From Raja brachyura (taxonomy: Eukaryota), in contig OY740807.1 in the NCBI GenBank assembly GCA_963514005.1, positions 29,636,001-29,700,000 on the forward strand: a stretch of DNA of 64,000 nt. Direction: 5' to 3'. Below the pieces are notes generated by a model, which searched no databases, was not told the DNA's origin, and saw nothing but the letters and a program-made list of their open reading frames with translations. Shown piece after piece: positions 11,011 through 21,337 of the stretch (positions are counted from its first letter, which is position 1; the number at the start of each line of letters is the position of its first letter). The position numbers and the translations under genes were made by a program.

Positions 11011-12939
11011 CCACGGAGGTGAGGGGGTCTGGTTCTCTCTTTTCTCTCTGTTTAACTTCCCATGTTGGTGGTCGTTTACGGTTGTTTTTGGATGCATGGG
11101 GTAATTTTACTGGTGATGAGTATGTGTTGCGGAATATTCAGGGGCATAAAATTGAGTTTATTAATGGCGACATTCCTCCATCCCAGCACATGCCTGGTCG
11201 TACGTTCAAATTGTCTGCTGCAGAACAGGCAGCAGGTTACAAGGAAATTTTAGGTTTGGAACAGAAGGGTGTGATTGAGAAAACAGTGCATGAGCCAATT
11301 GAATTCGTTTCGAACATATTTACTAGACCTAAGAAGGATGGAGGCTGTCGTGTCATTATTGATCTAACCCGTTTGAATACGTTTGTAACATATACTCATT
11401 TTAAAATGGATACGTTTGAAACAGCCAAATCATTGATTTCTCATGGCTGCTTTATGGCATGCATTGATTTGAGGGATGCATATTATTCAGTATCCATCCA
11501 GAAAGATGATAGAACGTTTTTGAAATTTATCTGGATGGGGCAACTTTGGCAGTATAAGGCTTTGCCTAATGGGCTTACTACAGCCCCTAGATTGTTCACT
11601 AAATTGGTGAAGCCAATCATGGCTTATTTGAGACAACGACATCATATAGTTATGGCCTATTTAGATGATCTTTATTGTGGGCCACACCCTGCAATTGGCT
11701 GAACAGGGTGTTGCAGCTGCTGTCAATATATTTCAACAATTAGGATTCATTGTCCATCCAGAGAAATCAAAGTTCTGCCCTGCCCAGGTAATTAATTACC
11801 TAGGGTTCACGGTGAACTCAATGAGCATGAGGATAACTATACCAATTAACAAAATTGAGGAAGTCACTAAGATGTGCAGAGATTTAATTGGCACCAATAT
11901 ACCATCGATTCGGCATACAGCCACAGTAATTGGCAAGTTAGTGGCTTTGTTTCCGGCAGCACGATATGGACCTTTGCATTATCAGAATTTGCAAAGAGCT
12001 AAAATTACTGCGTTAAAATGGAACGCTGGTCATTACGATCGATCTATGCAGCTGCCGTCCGAAGCGATAACTGAGTTGCAATGGTGGGTGTGTCACATTA
12101 GCAACTCATTTAAGCCTGTCAGGGAGGCTAATCCGGTGGTATATTTACAGACTGATGCAAGCTCCAATGGCTGGGGAGCTACTGATAATTGCTCTAGTTG
12201 TGGGGGTAGATGGGACACCCTTGAGGCATCGATGTTGTTGACTCAAGGGATTAACTATTTGGAGTTGCTGGCAGCATTCCACGGACTTCGTGCATATTGT
12301 TCCAAGCTTGTTGGAGCACACGTCCGTCTCCAAATAGACAACACCACAGCTGTGGCATATTTAAACCATATGGGTGGTACCAGGTCAGTTTCGTGTGACA
12401 AATTGGCTAACTCAATTTGGCTCTGGTGTATTCAAAGAGACATTTGGATTTCAGCTACCTATTTGCCAGGTGAGCTTAATACTGTGGCGGACACCAGGTC
12501 ACGCAAATTTAATGACAACATTGAATGGATGTTGCATCCTGAGATTTTTGCTAAAGTCACAGCCAAATTTGGTAAACCGGACATTGACCTTTTTGCGTCA
12601 CGGTTGAACCATCAGGTACCAGCCTACGTTTCATGGGAACCAGATCCTGGGGCAATAGCGCTAGATGCATTCTCGCTGGACTGGGGGAATTGGGTTTTCT
12701 ATGCCTTCCCTCCGTTTTGCCTCATCAGTCGGGTATTGCGAAAGATTCAGGCAGATGCTGCCAAGGGCATCCTTATTATACCCGACTGGCCCACACAGCC
12801 TTGGTATCCGGTGGTCTTTGACATGCTCAACGAACCTTGGGTCCTTTTGAAGGGTTGCCCACAATTGGTTACTCACCCTGTGTCAGGGGAGCCACATCCC
12901 TGCCATGGCTATTTAAATTTGTTGGCTTGCAGGTTCTGA
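10815..12939 (+). pseudogene. DIRS ORF2 (RT, RNase H, methyltransferase-like domain) with one frameshift at about 11669
   Basis: RT motifs: FTRPKKDGGCRVIIDL, IDLRDAYY, LPNGLTTAPRLF and YLDD. RNase H motifs: QTDAS, INYLELLA, DNTTAV and NTVAD. MT-like motifs: IDLFAS and YAFPPF. The frame shifts right after YLDD. The true start codon is uncertain. Confidence 0.92.
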
Positions 12940-12977
12940 ACGGGCCGTTAGTCCAATACGGCCTCTCGGCTCGGACC

Positions 12978-13916
12978 ATGGATACCATCGGGGCGTCGTG
13001 TCGAGAGTCCACAAGGCGAAGATACCGCTCGCATATTAAGAAGTGGGAAGCCTACTGCAGCCGCTCTCGCATCACGTACGATGACGTGACAATAACCGAC
13101 GTCCTGGAATTCCTCGCGGGGTTGCACCATGATGAACACTTAAGTTACAGTGCCATCAACAGCGCCAGAAGTGCGCTATCATTCTACCTCAAGATTGGGG
13201 TAGGATCCAACAGGCTAGTGTCCAGACTCATGCGGGGTATATTCAATATGAATCCGCCTACACCACGCTATAATATCACCTGGGATGTCAGGGACGTATT
13301 AACCCTGCTCATGACGTGGTCTCCCATGGAAGGGCTCCAACTGGACCAACTCACCATGAAGCTGGTGATGTTACTAGCGCTGACTTCAGCTCAGAGGGTA
13401 CAGACACTACACAAACTGCGTGTCGACAGAATGACATCTACCCCTACAGAAGTAGTCTTTTTCGTTGACGAGCTACTAAAGCAGCATAGACCTGGGTGCA
13501 CAGGGCTGCAGCTGAAGTTCCCGGCATACCCCGCAGATGCTAGGCTATGTTTAGCCTCACATATCCGCCACTATGTCAAGGTGACGGCACGCATCAGAGG
13601 AATGGAGAGATACCTGCTTGTCACTCATAAGAGACCTCATCATCGAGTGACAGTCCAGACGATATCCAGGTGGCTTCGAGTCGTCTTGGGTAAGTCAGGT
13701 ATCGACACTAATGTGTTCAAGTCTCATTCCACCAGGGCTGCATCGACGTCAGCGGCGAGGGTCATGGAGGTGCCCATGGACCAAATTCTCGCCACAGCAG
13801 GATGGGCGAATGAAGCTGTGTTCCAGCGTTTTTATAACAAGCCTGTTGCTGCTCCTCTACAGTTCGCAGAAGCCGTGCTGAATGCAGGTCAAGAACGTGG
13901 AGATGTCCCCGCATGA
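12978..13916 (+). CDS. DIRS ORF3 tyrosine recombinase
   Basis: The frame is open from 12837, and the first ATG at 12978 is in accATGg context. Catalytic pattern: AQR...K...HSTRAAS...GW...FY. Confidence 0.93.
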   Translation: MDTIGASCRESTRRRYRSHIKKWEAYCSRSRITYDDVTITDVLEFLAGLHHDEHLSYSAINSARSALSFYLKIGVGSNRLVSRLMRGIFNMNPPTPRYNITWDVRDVLTLLMTWSPMEGLQLDQLTMKLVMLLALTSAQRVQTLHKLRVDRMTSTPTEVVFFVDELLKQHRPGCTGLQLKFPAYPADARLCLASHIRHYVKVTARIRGMERYLLVTHKRPHHRVTVQTISRWLRVVLGKSGIDTNVFKSHSTRAASTSAARVMEVPMDQILATAGWANEAVFQRFYNKPVAAPLQFAEAVLNAGQERGDVPA

Positions 13917-14058
13917 GGGGTTTTTGATTTGTTATTAATAAATATGCTTTTGTTTTGCAGTATGAGCTATTGAGCCAGTTTGTTCCTCCCATCCATCCCT
14001 GGTAGTGGTGTGTCAGCATGGACGTGGTCCAGGGCGTGTAATCACAGAAGCTTTGAAG

Positions 14059-14171
14059 TCTTCACGAAGTCACTCACGTGACTCCGAAATGAAATAGTAA
14101 GATTGAACGAGAACTTACCAGTTCAAGGGTTGATCTTTATTTCATGAGGAGTCGAAGTGAGGGATTTCGTG
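14059..14171 (+). repeat. DIRS internal complementary region (ICR)
   Basis: The left half is complementary to the element 5' end and the right half to the 3' end. The two halves overlap on AAT (14093-14095), which is the complement of the terminal ATT. Confidence 0.93.
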
Positions 14172-14284
14172 CCCTCCTCGCCCAACCCTCAATCACCTTC
14201 ATCTGGTAATCTTAGTCAATTCAATCATACTATGCGAAGTCATTTCTATTGTTGGTTCTGTGATTCCACGCCGCTACTTTGAAG

Positions 14285-14393
14285 TATGTCGAGCATGCGC
14301 GCCGGCGGGCTCTTCACGAAATCCCTCACTTCGACTCCTCATGAAATAAAGATCAACCCTCGAACTGGTAAGTTCTCGTTCAATCTTACTATT
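14285..14393 (+). repeat. DIRS right ITR plus right extension
   Basis: tatgtcgagcatgcgcgccggcgggctcttcacgaa is the reverse complement of 9101-9136. The extension pairs with the ICR and ends in ATT. Confidence 0.92.
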
Positions 14394-16669
14394 CCTGCCA
14401 ACTAGTCAGCATGTTCTCAAACCTTATTATTCTGAGATGGATATTCATTTCTTCTGCTGGCCGTGAAGTCAATTGAAACACGTTCAGGTTAAATACAATG
14501 CATAAACCTAACTTCCTATTGCATAAGACACACAATGTGCAAGGCCTGAGATCAAACATTTCTTAAGAATTGATGTACCAGCATTTAAATTTGCACACAC
14601 ATATATGGGGTGTAAGTTTACTATTGTCACATGTACCAAGAAAAGCTTTGTTTTGCATGCTATAAAAACAGGTCAGATATACCATATGCCAATACGATCA
14701 AGTCAAACTCAAGTACAGTAGATAGAGCAAAGGGGAAGGTACAGAGTGTAATATATAGGTTTCAGAATTGTAGCACATCAGTTCCATAGACAAAGTCCAA
14801 TGTCCACAATGGGGTCGGGGTGAATCAGACACCATGTTTATAGGTCACAATCAATTGAATTATGGTTTAACATGTTACGATGCACTTTTATAGGATTTTG
14901 ATTTATTCCAGTAAAATTAGAAGAGCAATGGGATATATCAACATTGATAGCATTGTATCACCATAGGTAAGAATAGTGCATGGGACATTATTTCTAGGTT
15001 CATGTGATGTAAATGTAATGCAGTTGTGTTATACTTTGATATATTAATACAATAGAAAGATATTACACAAAACTGTACTTTGAACTCTGCAGTTTTGGGA
15101 ACAACTAAACAGATTGATGTTTCTATTCTCCTATGGAGCAAACTTGGACTGAGCTATTAGAGACATTTAAAATCAGAAATGTGTTGGACAGAACCGAAAT
15201 GGAGAAAATGTCTCAGTTGTGAAAAATCAAAACCCAGGGAATAAAATAGAAATAAGAAATAATAATCAAAATATTGACATAAAGTATTGCTTAATCAGAG
15301 AATGAATGGGTTGTCAAATAAATTGTGGAGTCCACAGCCACTAGAAGAGGTTGAAGCAAGTATGTGGAGTGTTTTCAAATGGTGTTTATGAGGTGCAAGG
15401 TGGGTGGCTAAATAGGTAGGTGTGTCTGCAATGACAACCCTCAATAATGAATATTCTGGCCAATGCTGCCTTTGAAAGCCACTAAGTGCTCTATTAAAAT
15501 CATTGGCAGTTGTACATTGACTCAGTGGCTGTTACCGGAGATACTGTAATTTTCCTTGTCAAAACCATTGTGGCTGACATTAATTTCCAGTAATTATAAT
15601 GTTTGTTCAGTCTTTGTAGATTTGAAAGTTTGTATAAAAAGCTTAGAATGATATTTCATTTTAAGGAGAAATGTCGTCATGCTTGGTGAAACAACTAACA
15701 TGGAGGCATGTATTAATTTGCTCTATTGAAAAGGAGCAAATGGAATATTCACAAACGCTTGACCAAAAATGGAGTAGATCCAAGGTGAAGAGCTATATGG
15801 TTGGGAATGTTAGTCTTTCAATAACATGAAATGCTTCTGAGTTAATTGCTTATCCACAACACATGAGTCTATTAGTCCTTGTGGAGTTGGGAGATGTCTA
15901 TTAGATTGGGCACTGGTTTGGTTAATGTATACTGTGTTGGGCCTCGGGTCAGGAGCTGCTAGGCATTACATATTTATGTGCTTTAGAGTGTGCTGCTCGC
16001 TCCTCAACTCCTAAGGTCATGACCGGGAGGATGGTCACAGGCCTGATTCAGGAATAGTGTGTGTGCTCCATGAAGCACACCTTCAGTCATTGGCAACATC
16101 TATGTCAAGAGCAGGGTGAGTGTTGAGACGGCATTTTATGTGTGCTGGGGAGGAGGGATTGTATTAATTGCTGAGGGTGTGTGGTTAGGAGACTAGTAAT
16201 ACGTTGTGGAGGAAGAGGGATAGCTGATTGTTCGGGATAATGATGAGGATAACAGCCATCAGTGCAGTGAGGACTCAGAGGTGTAAGGATTTAGCCTAGC
16301 TAAGTTTGACCTTATCTCTTTCCTGCTCTTCTCTCCCCGCCCTTGCTCTGACAGTTGACTTAATGGGATTAAAACCATGTAAGCAGGAACAACTCAGTGA
16401 AGGACGTTCCCTGGGGAACTTTGTCCAATCTTTCTTGTAAAGTTCCAAAAAGAATTATGCCTGGGAACACCATTGTGTCTGTTCCTGGCAAGGAAATCCT
16501 AGCAGTGTTGCCAGGGTAACTTTTTCCATAAGTCAGGAAACTGTTCAATTCACCTATACCCCACTGAGAACATTGCACTTTGTCTAAGGAAGTGATGCAC
16601 TACAGTGCTGAGAACTATATTCTGCACTCTGTATCTTCCCTTTTATTCCATTGTACTTGAGTTTTTTTC

Positions 16670-17135
16670 AGTTTCTTATCTTGCCAGAGATGCGATTGTT
16701 TTCCTTGCCTGGGATCGCTCCAACTGCAGTCTGCAGCCGGAGCTCGCAGTCTCGGGAGAGGCTAGTCGGAAGCTCCAACGACTCGACCAGCCCCGACCCG
16801 GGGTCAGATAGCCCGGCACAGGGAGCTGACACCCCCCCCCCCCCCCGATGCAGGAGCTGATCGCCCCGATGCGGAGGGCCCAAACGCCGCCGGCTACGGT
16901 AGTCAAGATCGTCCCGTCAACGGAGGGCCCGAGGCCCCCAACAGCAGAAGAACAAAGAAAGGAAGAGATTTGAACTTTTTTTTGCCTTCCATCACAGTGA
17001 GGAATGTGGGGGAGTCACTGTGGTGGATGTTTATGTTAAATTTTAATTTGTGTGTTACGTTGCTTTTTATTTGTATGACTGACTCGTATGTTGCAAAACA
17101 TACTTGGCTAATAAAGTATTATTGTGATTGATTGA
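16670..17135 (+). mobile_element. CpG-rich non-coding retroposon-like insertion with a LINE-type 3' tail
   Basis: A GC/CpG-rich block ends in acttggctaataaagta...gattgattga, which resembles the 3' tail of the Rex1-like copy at about 28290-28325. It interrupts an older repeat. Boundaries are approximate. Confidence 0.5.
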
Positions 17136-17964
17136 ACTGATTGTATTCATGTATGGTATATCTGATCTGTTTGGATAGTATGGAAAAGTAGATAGTTTTC
17201 CCTCTACCTCTGCATATGACAATAATAGACAAACCTAAGCCTAAGCCTTTCAACGGATTTACCAATGGTATGATTTATCACTGAAATGGTCACAAACACA
17301 ATTTATTTCAGATTACATTGATTTTTCAATCACTGAGCTCAGAAACAGCTGGGAGAATATGAAGCCCCTTTCTGGATGCAAGAGATAAATCACGATGGGA
17401 TGCTCCTTGTGCATAAATCATGGCACAAGCCAGACATAAGCCTTTGGGCTGGTGTCTGCAAGCTTGCACAAGCAAATTCAGCATTCTAAGACCTTGGAGC
17501 CTCTGACCTTGGCACTGTGCATTTCTTAAATAATATTGAAATAGATTGCCTCCCAACATCACACCAGCCACAATGCAAGCTAGATTCAGATTCAGGAACA
17601 GCTTCTTCCCTGCTGCTACTGAGTGGTCCTCTCATAAACTAAGGGTGTATTCTTGATCTTGCAACCCACCTCTTTGCAGCCCTTGCATTTTTTAAAAAAT
17701 TGCTCTTTTTATGTAGCTGAAAACAATATTCTACACATCAGATTTGACTCGATAACACGCAAACTCTTGCACTGTATGTCGGTACTCGAAGCTAACTCAA
17801 TGAGGAGATACTGGTTTCTTGCTGAGCCATCTCTTCAATCAGTTGTGCAGGTGTGCAGGTTAATTCCCGGGATGGCGGGACTGTCATATGCTGAGAGAAT
17901 GGAGCGGCTGAGCTTGTATACTCTGGAATTTAGAAGGATGAGAAGGGATCTTATTGAAACATGT

Positions 17965-17992
17965 CTGAAGAAGGGTCTCGACCCGAAACGTC
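17965..17992 (+). ncRNA. Minimal type I hammerhead-ribozyme-like motif in a Penelope-derived insertion (about 17963-18058)
   Basis: Reads CUGAAGA-A-GGGUC-UC-GACCC-GAAACGUC: a CUGANGA box, stem II, GAAA, a palindromic ACGU minimal stem III and a GUC triplet. Activity is not shown. Confidence 0.65.
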
Positions 17993-18098
17993 GCCTATCT
18001 CCTTCGCTCCATAGATGCTGCTGCACCCGCTGAGTTTCTCCAGCCTTTTGTGTACCCTAAGATTATTAAGGTTTTGGACATGCTAGAGCAGGGATCTG

Positions 18099-19512
18099 CA
18101 GTGGCGGAAATCCCAGGGGAGCCAGGGGACACATGTCCCCCTCTGTTTTGAGAGGAGGGGGACAATCCCGCCCTCCCCCCCCCACCCAATTTTTTGTAAT
18201 CCGGAGTTTAAAACCCAATGAAATCTCAGCTTTCCGCGAGACTGGGGGTGGGACTGCTGATCGAAGGCGCCGATTGGACGAGAGAGACGTCGGTCAGCAG
18301 GCAATGAGGGCGGGACATGATGATTGAGTGCGATGATTGGAGGAGGGAGACGTGCCCAGGTCATAGGGTCACATCGGCAGCCCTGGACACAGACCTGCAA
18401 CTCATCCGCAGCCAGGATCGATCCCGGCGGAACCTCCACTGGACCATCCCTGTCCCACCCGAGTGTCCCCTCCCCCATGCCCGGGGGTGGCCAGAGACGT
18501 CGGGAGTCAGACGTGAGCGGTGCCCTCAGGCCCACAGCCAGCGCAGAGAAGCAGCGCTCAACCCAGCTCAACTCTGCCTGTCCCGCAAGGTTAACCTACA
18601 GCCCTGCCTGGACTTAAGGGAAATATGGCACAGGCTTACAGCCGGCACGGAGAAGCAGCGCTATCTGCACGTCTCCGGACTGGTATTCCGTCAGTCCAGG
18701 CAGGGCTGTAGGTTAACGCGGCGAGACAGGCAGAGTTTTTTTTTTTGTTAGAAGTAAGTACAATAGTGTGGTACTTGAGTACCTAATACATACATACATA
18801 TTTCCATTCTTGTACAACTTCGTATTTTTTATTTAATAATGAAAGAACAGTGGAAGAAAAAAGAAATAAAGAGAGTTGGAATAGATAGACAAGCGAGTAG
18901 AAACAGATAGCAAAAGAAATAAAGGACATAGAAGAGAAGCTGAAAAGATTGAAATAGAAGGAGAAAGTAAAGAAAAGAGAGATTAGGAGAGATCTACCTA
19001 TTTCGTCTTTTTGCCCATCCGTCACCCGGTTCTAAACCATTTAATTTCTGAGGTTATGTTATGTTGCACCATATGCTTGTAAAAAGTTGATAAAAGGAGA
19101 CCAAGTCTTTGAGAATTGGTTTACTTTGCCTAGTAGGAGAAATCTAATTTCTTCAAGATGAAGCGTTTCAGACAGATTTGAAATACACATTTTGAATGTT
19201 GGCGTGGTTGCGTTTTTCCGAAATTTGAGTATAAGATTTTTTGCTGTTATTAGACCGTAATTAAGAAAAGCTTCTTGGAATATAGTTAGTTTACTTCCCT
19301 CTTCCATTGATCCAAAGATAATCAGTTCTGTATTCGGGTTCAATTTTGAGACAGGCAGAGTTGAGCTGCATTTAGCGCTGGATTGAGCTGAAATTACCGT
19401 TCACAGGGCCCACAGAAGCCTCGCGTGTGTGAGTGTGCGCATGCGCGCGCGGCTGCCAAGAAATTCTGTCCCCCCTGTCCCCTCCATATTTTGATAGCGA
19501 TTTCCGTCACTG
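18099..19512. mobile_element. hAT-like MITE (inner)
   Basis: TIRs cagtggcggaaatc and gatttccgtcactg match at 13/14. The flanking 8-mers gggatctg and ggggtcgg match at 6/8, consistent with a decayed 8-bp TSD. Confidence 0.7.
18736..19347 (-). mobile_element. L1/Tx1-type LINE 3' end, 5'-truncated, with poly(A) and TSD
   Basis: Poly(T) at 18736-18746. The reverse ORF LITAKNLILKF...LEEIRF...FSKTWSPFI resembles an ORF2 C-terminus. A 15-bp direct repeat gagacaggcagagtt lies at 18723-18737 and 19348-19362. Confidence 0.85.
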
Positions 19513-19633
19513 GGGGTCGGAAACTTTGTTCTGCATAGGGGCCAGGACGCATGTCTGTGAGCGGATGGCGGGCCACATCTATCACATGTACACATAGATC
19601 CTGCCCCGGATGGCAGGCGTGTTCACAGAAGGT

Positions 19634-19757
19634 ACTCAAAAATGCTGGAGAAACTGGTGAGGCAGCCTCATGCAATCTTTGCATGTCTCACCCGCTGAGT
19701 TTCTCCAGCATTTTTGTCTACCTTTGATTTTTCCAGCATCTGCAGTTCTTTCTTAAA
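19634..19757. mobile_element. Penelope-derived inverted short insertion with 16-bp TSD
   Basis: cgtgttcacagaaggt is duplicated at 19618-19633 and 19758-19773. The internal arms aaaatgctggagaaact and agtttctccagcatttt are inverted. Confidence 0.75.
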
Positions 19758-21009
19758 CGTGTTCACAGAAGGTGCGCGGTCGTGCCGGTGGCTTTGCGCA
19801 GGATACGGTACAGCCAGAGCATGGTGGGCCGGAAGATTACGGGAAAAAAAATCCGCCTGCATGCTGGATGATTTTGGGTTATCTTTGGGTGCCGACCCCT
19901 GCGCATGTTCCCGATGTTAGGGGAGTCCAGAACCAAGGGCCACAGTTTGAGAATAAGGGGTAAGGCATTTAGAACACAGATGAGGAAACACTTTTTCACA
20001 CAGAGAGTTGCGAGTCTGTGGAATTCTCTGCCTCTGAGAGCGGTGGAGGCCGGTTCTCTGGATACTTTCAAGAGAGAGCTAGATACGGCTCTTAAAGATA
20101 GCGGAGTCAGGGGATATGGGAAGAAGGCAGGAACGGGGTGCTGATTGTGAATGATCAGCAATGATCACGTTGATGGCGGTGCTTGCTCGAAGGGCCGAAT
20201 AGCCTATTCTACTGCACCTATTGTCTATTGTTGACTGCTGGTGGTAAACATTTCAAATAAGCAGACAACCACTCAATCAATGAGTGCAAGTTAATGATGC
20301 ATTAAAATTCCAATAGTAGCAAAGTAAATTTAGCTCATTATGAGATTGATTAAAATATTTAAGTTCCTGAGGGCTTTTAACGAGGTGGATGTAGAGGTTA
20401 TGTCCTCTTGTGGGTGAATCTGGAAATAGGGATCACTGTTTCAAAATAAGACGTCACTTATTTAAGAGAGAGATGAGCCTTTTTTTTCTCTCAAGGGAAT
20501 CACGTGTCTTTGAAACTCCCTTCCTCAAAGGTTGATGGAAGCACAGTTTGAATATTTTTAAGGCAGAGGTAGATAGACTATTGATGAGCAAGGAAGTGAA
20601 AGATTACTATGGCCAGACAGACATGCAGAGTTGAGGCTGCAATTAGCTCAGCAGTAATCTTATTAAAAGGTGGAGCAGACCTGAGGGGCTGAGATGTCTA
20701 ATCCCAATTTGTCCGTCTATTGAATAATTAAAAAAATCGAGATATTTGCCTCTCAAAAAAACATAAACCGATTCACTGTGAGTGGACCTGGGAATCGGCA
20801 GCCAAACAGTGGACTGGGCTTATAATGAGTGTAAGAGGACACTGTAGCAAAGCAAGAAGCAACCTTTTCAAGAATTCCACTTTTTCAGTGGGATCAACGT
20901 TCTTTGCAATCAATGAATTGCTTCTGAAGTGTGAACATGGTTTTGTTAGCTGATCTGATGCCAATTTGCATCCAGATTCCACAAGCAGCAAAAAGAAAAA
21001 ATAATAAAT

Positions 21010-21337
21010 AAGACACAAAGTGCTGCCTTAACTCAGTGGGTCAGGCAGCATCTCTGGAGAAAATGGATAGGCAACAGTTCAGTTCGGGACCAGTCTTCAA
21101 ACCGATTATAGTAGGGGGACAGAAAGCTGGAAGAGAGGAGAGGACAGGATGGGATCACTTGCCAGACTTTGACCCAGCCACACTCTCTTCTCTTCCCCTA
21201 CTACAATCAGTCGGAAGAGGTTTCCTGACCCGAAATGTGCCTCTATATGTTCTCCAGTGAAACTGCCTGACCCCTTGAGTTAATCCAGCAATCTGTGTCC
21301 TTTTTTGTAAACTGGTATCTGCAGTTCCTTGTGTCTA
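21010..21337. mobile_element. Inverted pair of Penelope-derived short repeats (degenerate)
   Basis: gacacaaagtgctg...gcagcatctctggaga on the minus strand is followed by gtcggaagagg...gacccgaaatgt...ctgcagttcc on the plus strand. Confidence 0.65.

Larger units (their letters stand above)
9074..14393 (+). mobile_element. DIRS1-type tyrosine-recombinase retrotransposon, apparently full length (5320 bp)
   Basis: Carries gag-like, RT/RNaseH/MT and YR ORFs. 9074-9110 is the exact reverse complement of 14059-14095, and 9101-9136 of 14285-14320. 14093-14171 pairs with 14315-14393 (one mismatch). ATT is present at both termini. Confidence 0.96.
18089..19901. mobile_element. hAT-like MITE (outer), interrupted
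   Basis: The reconstructed left end is ca|ggggtcggaaactttg (18089-18090 joined to 19513 onward). The right end is tgccgacccctg. These are CAGGGGTCGG-type TIRs. No clean TSD is visible. Confidence 0.65.
17851..20232 (+). mobile_element. CR1 3' fragment interrupted by nested insertions
   Basis: RLIPGMAGLSYAERMERL...RRDLIET (17851-17962) continues as aagattattaag...gctagag (18059-18088). It resumes at about 19903 with MFPMLGESRTKGHSLRI...FTQRVASLWNSLP and a ctattgt tail. Confidence 0.9.

Noticed and set aside
18083-18751. Cluster of 100-160 aa ORFs on both strands
   Set aside because: They lie in the GC-rich interior of a MITE and show no transposase or other domain motifs.
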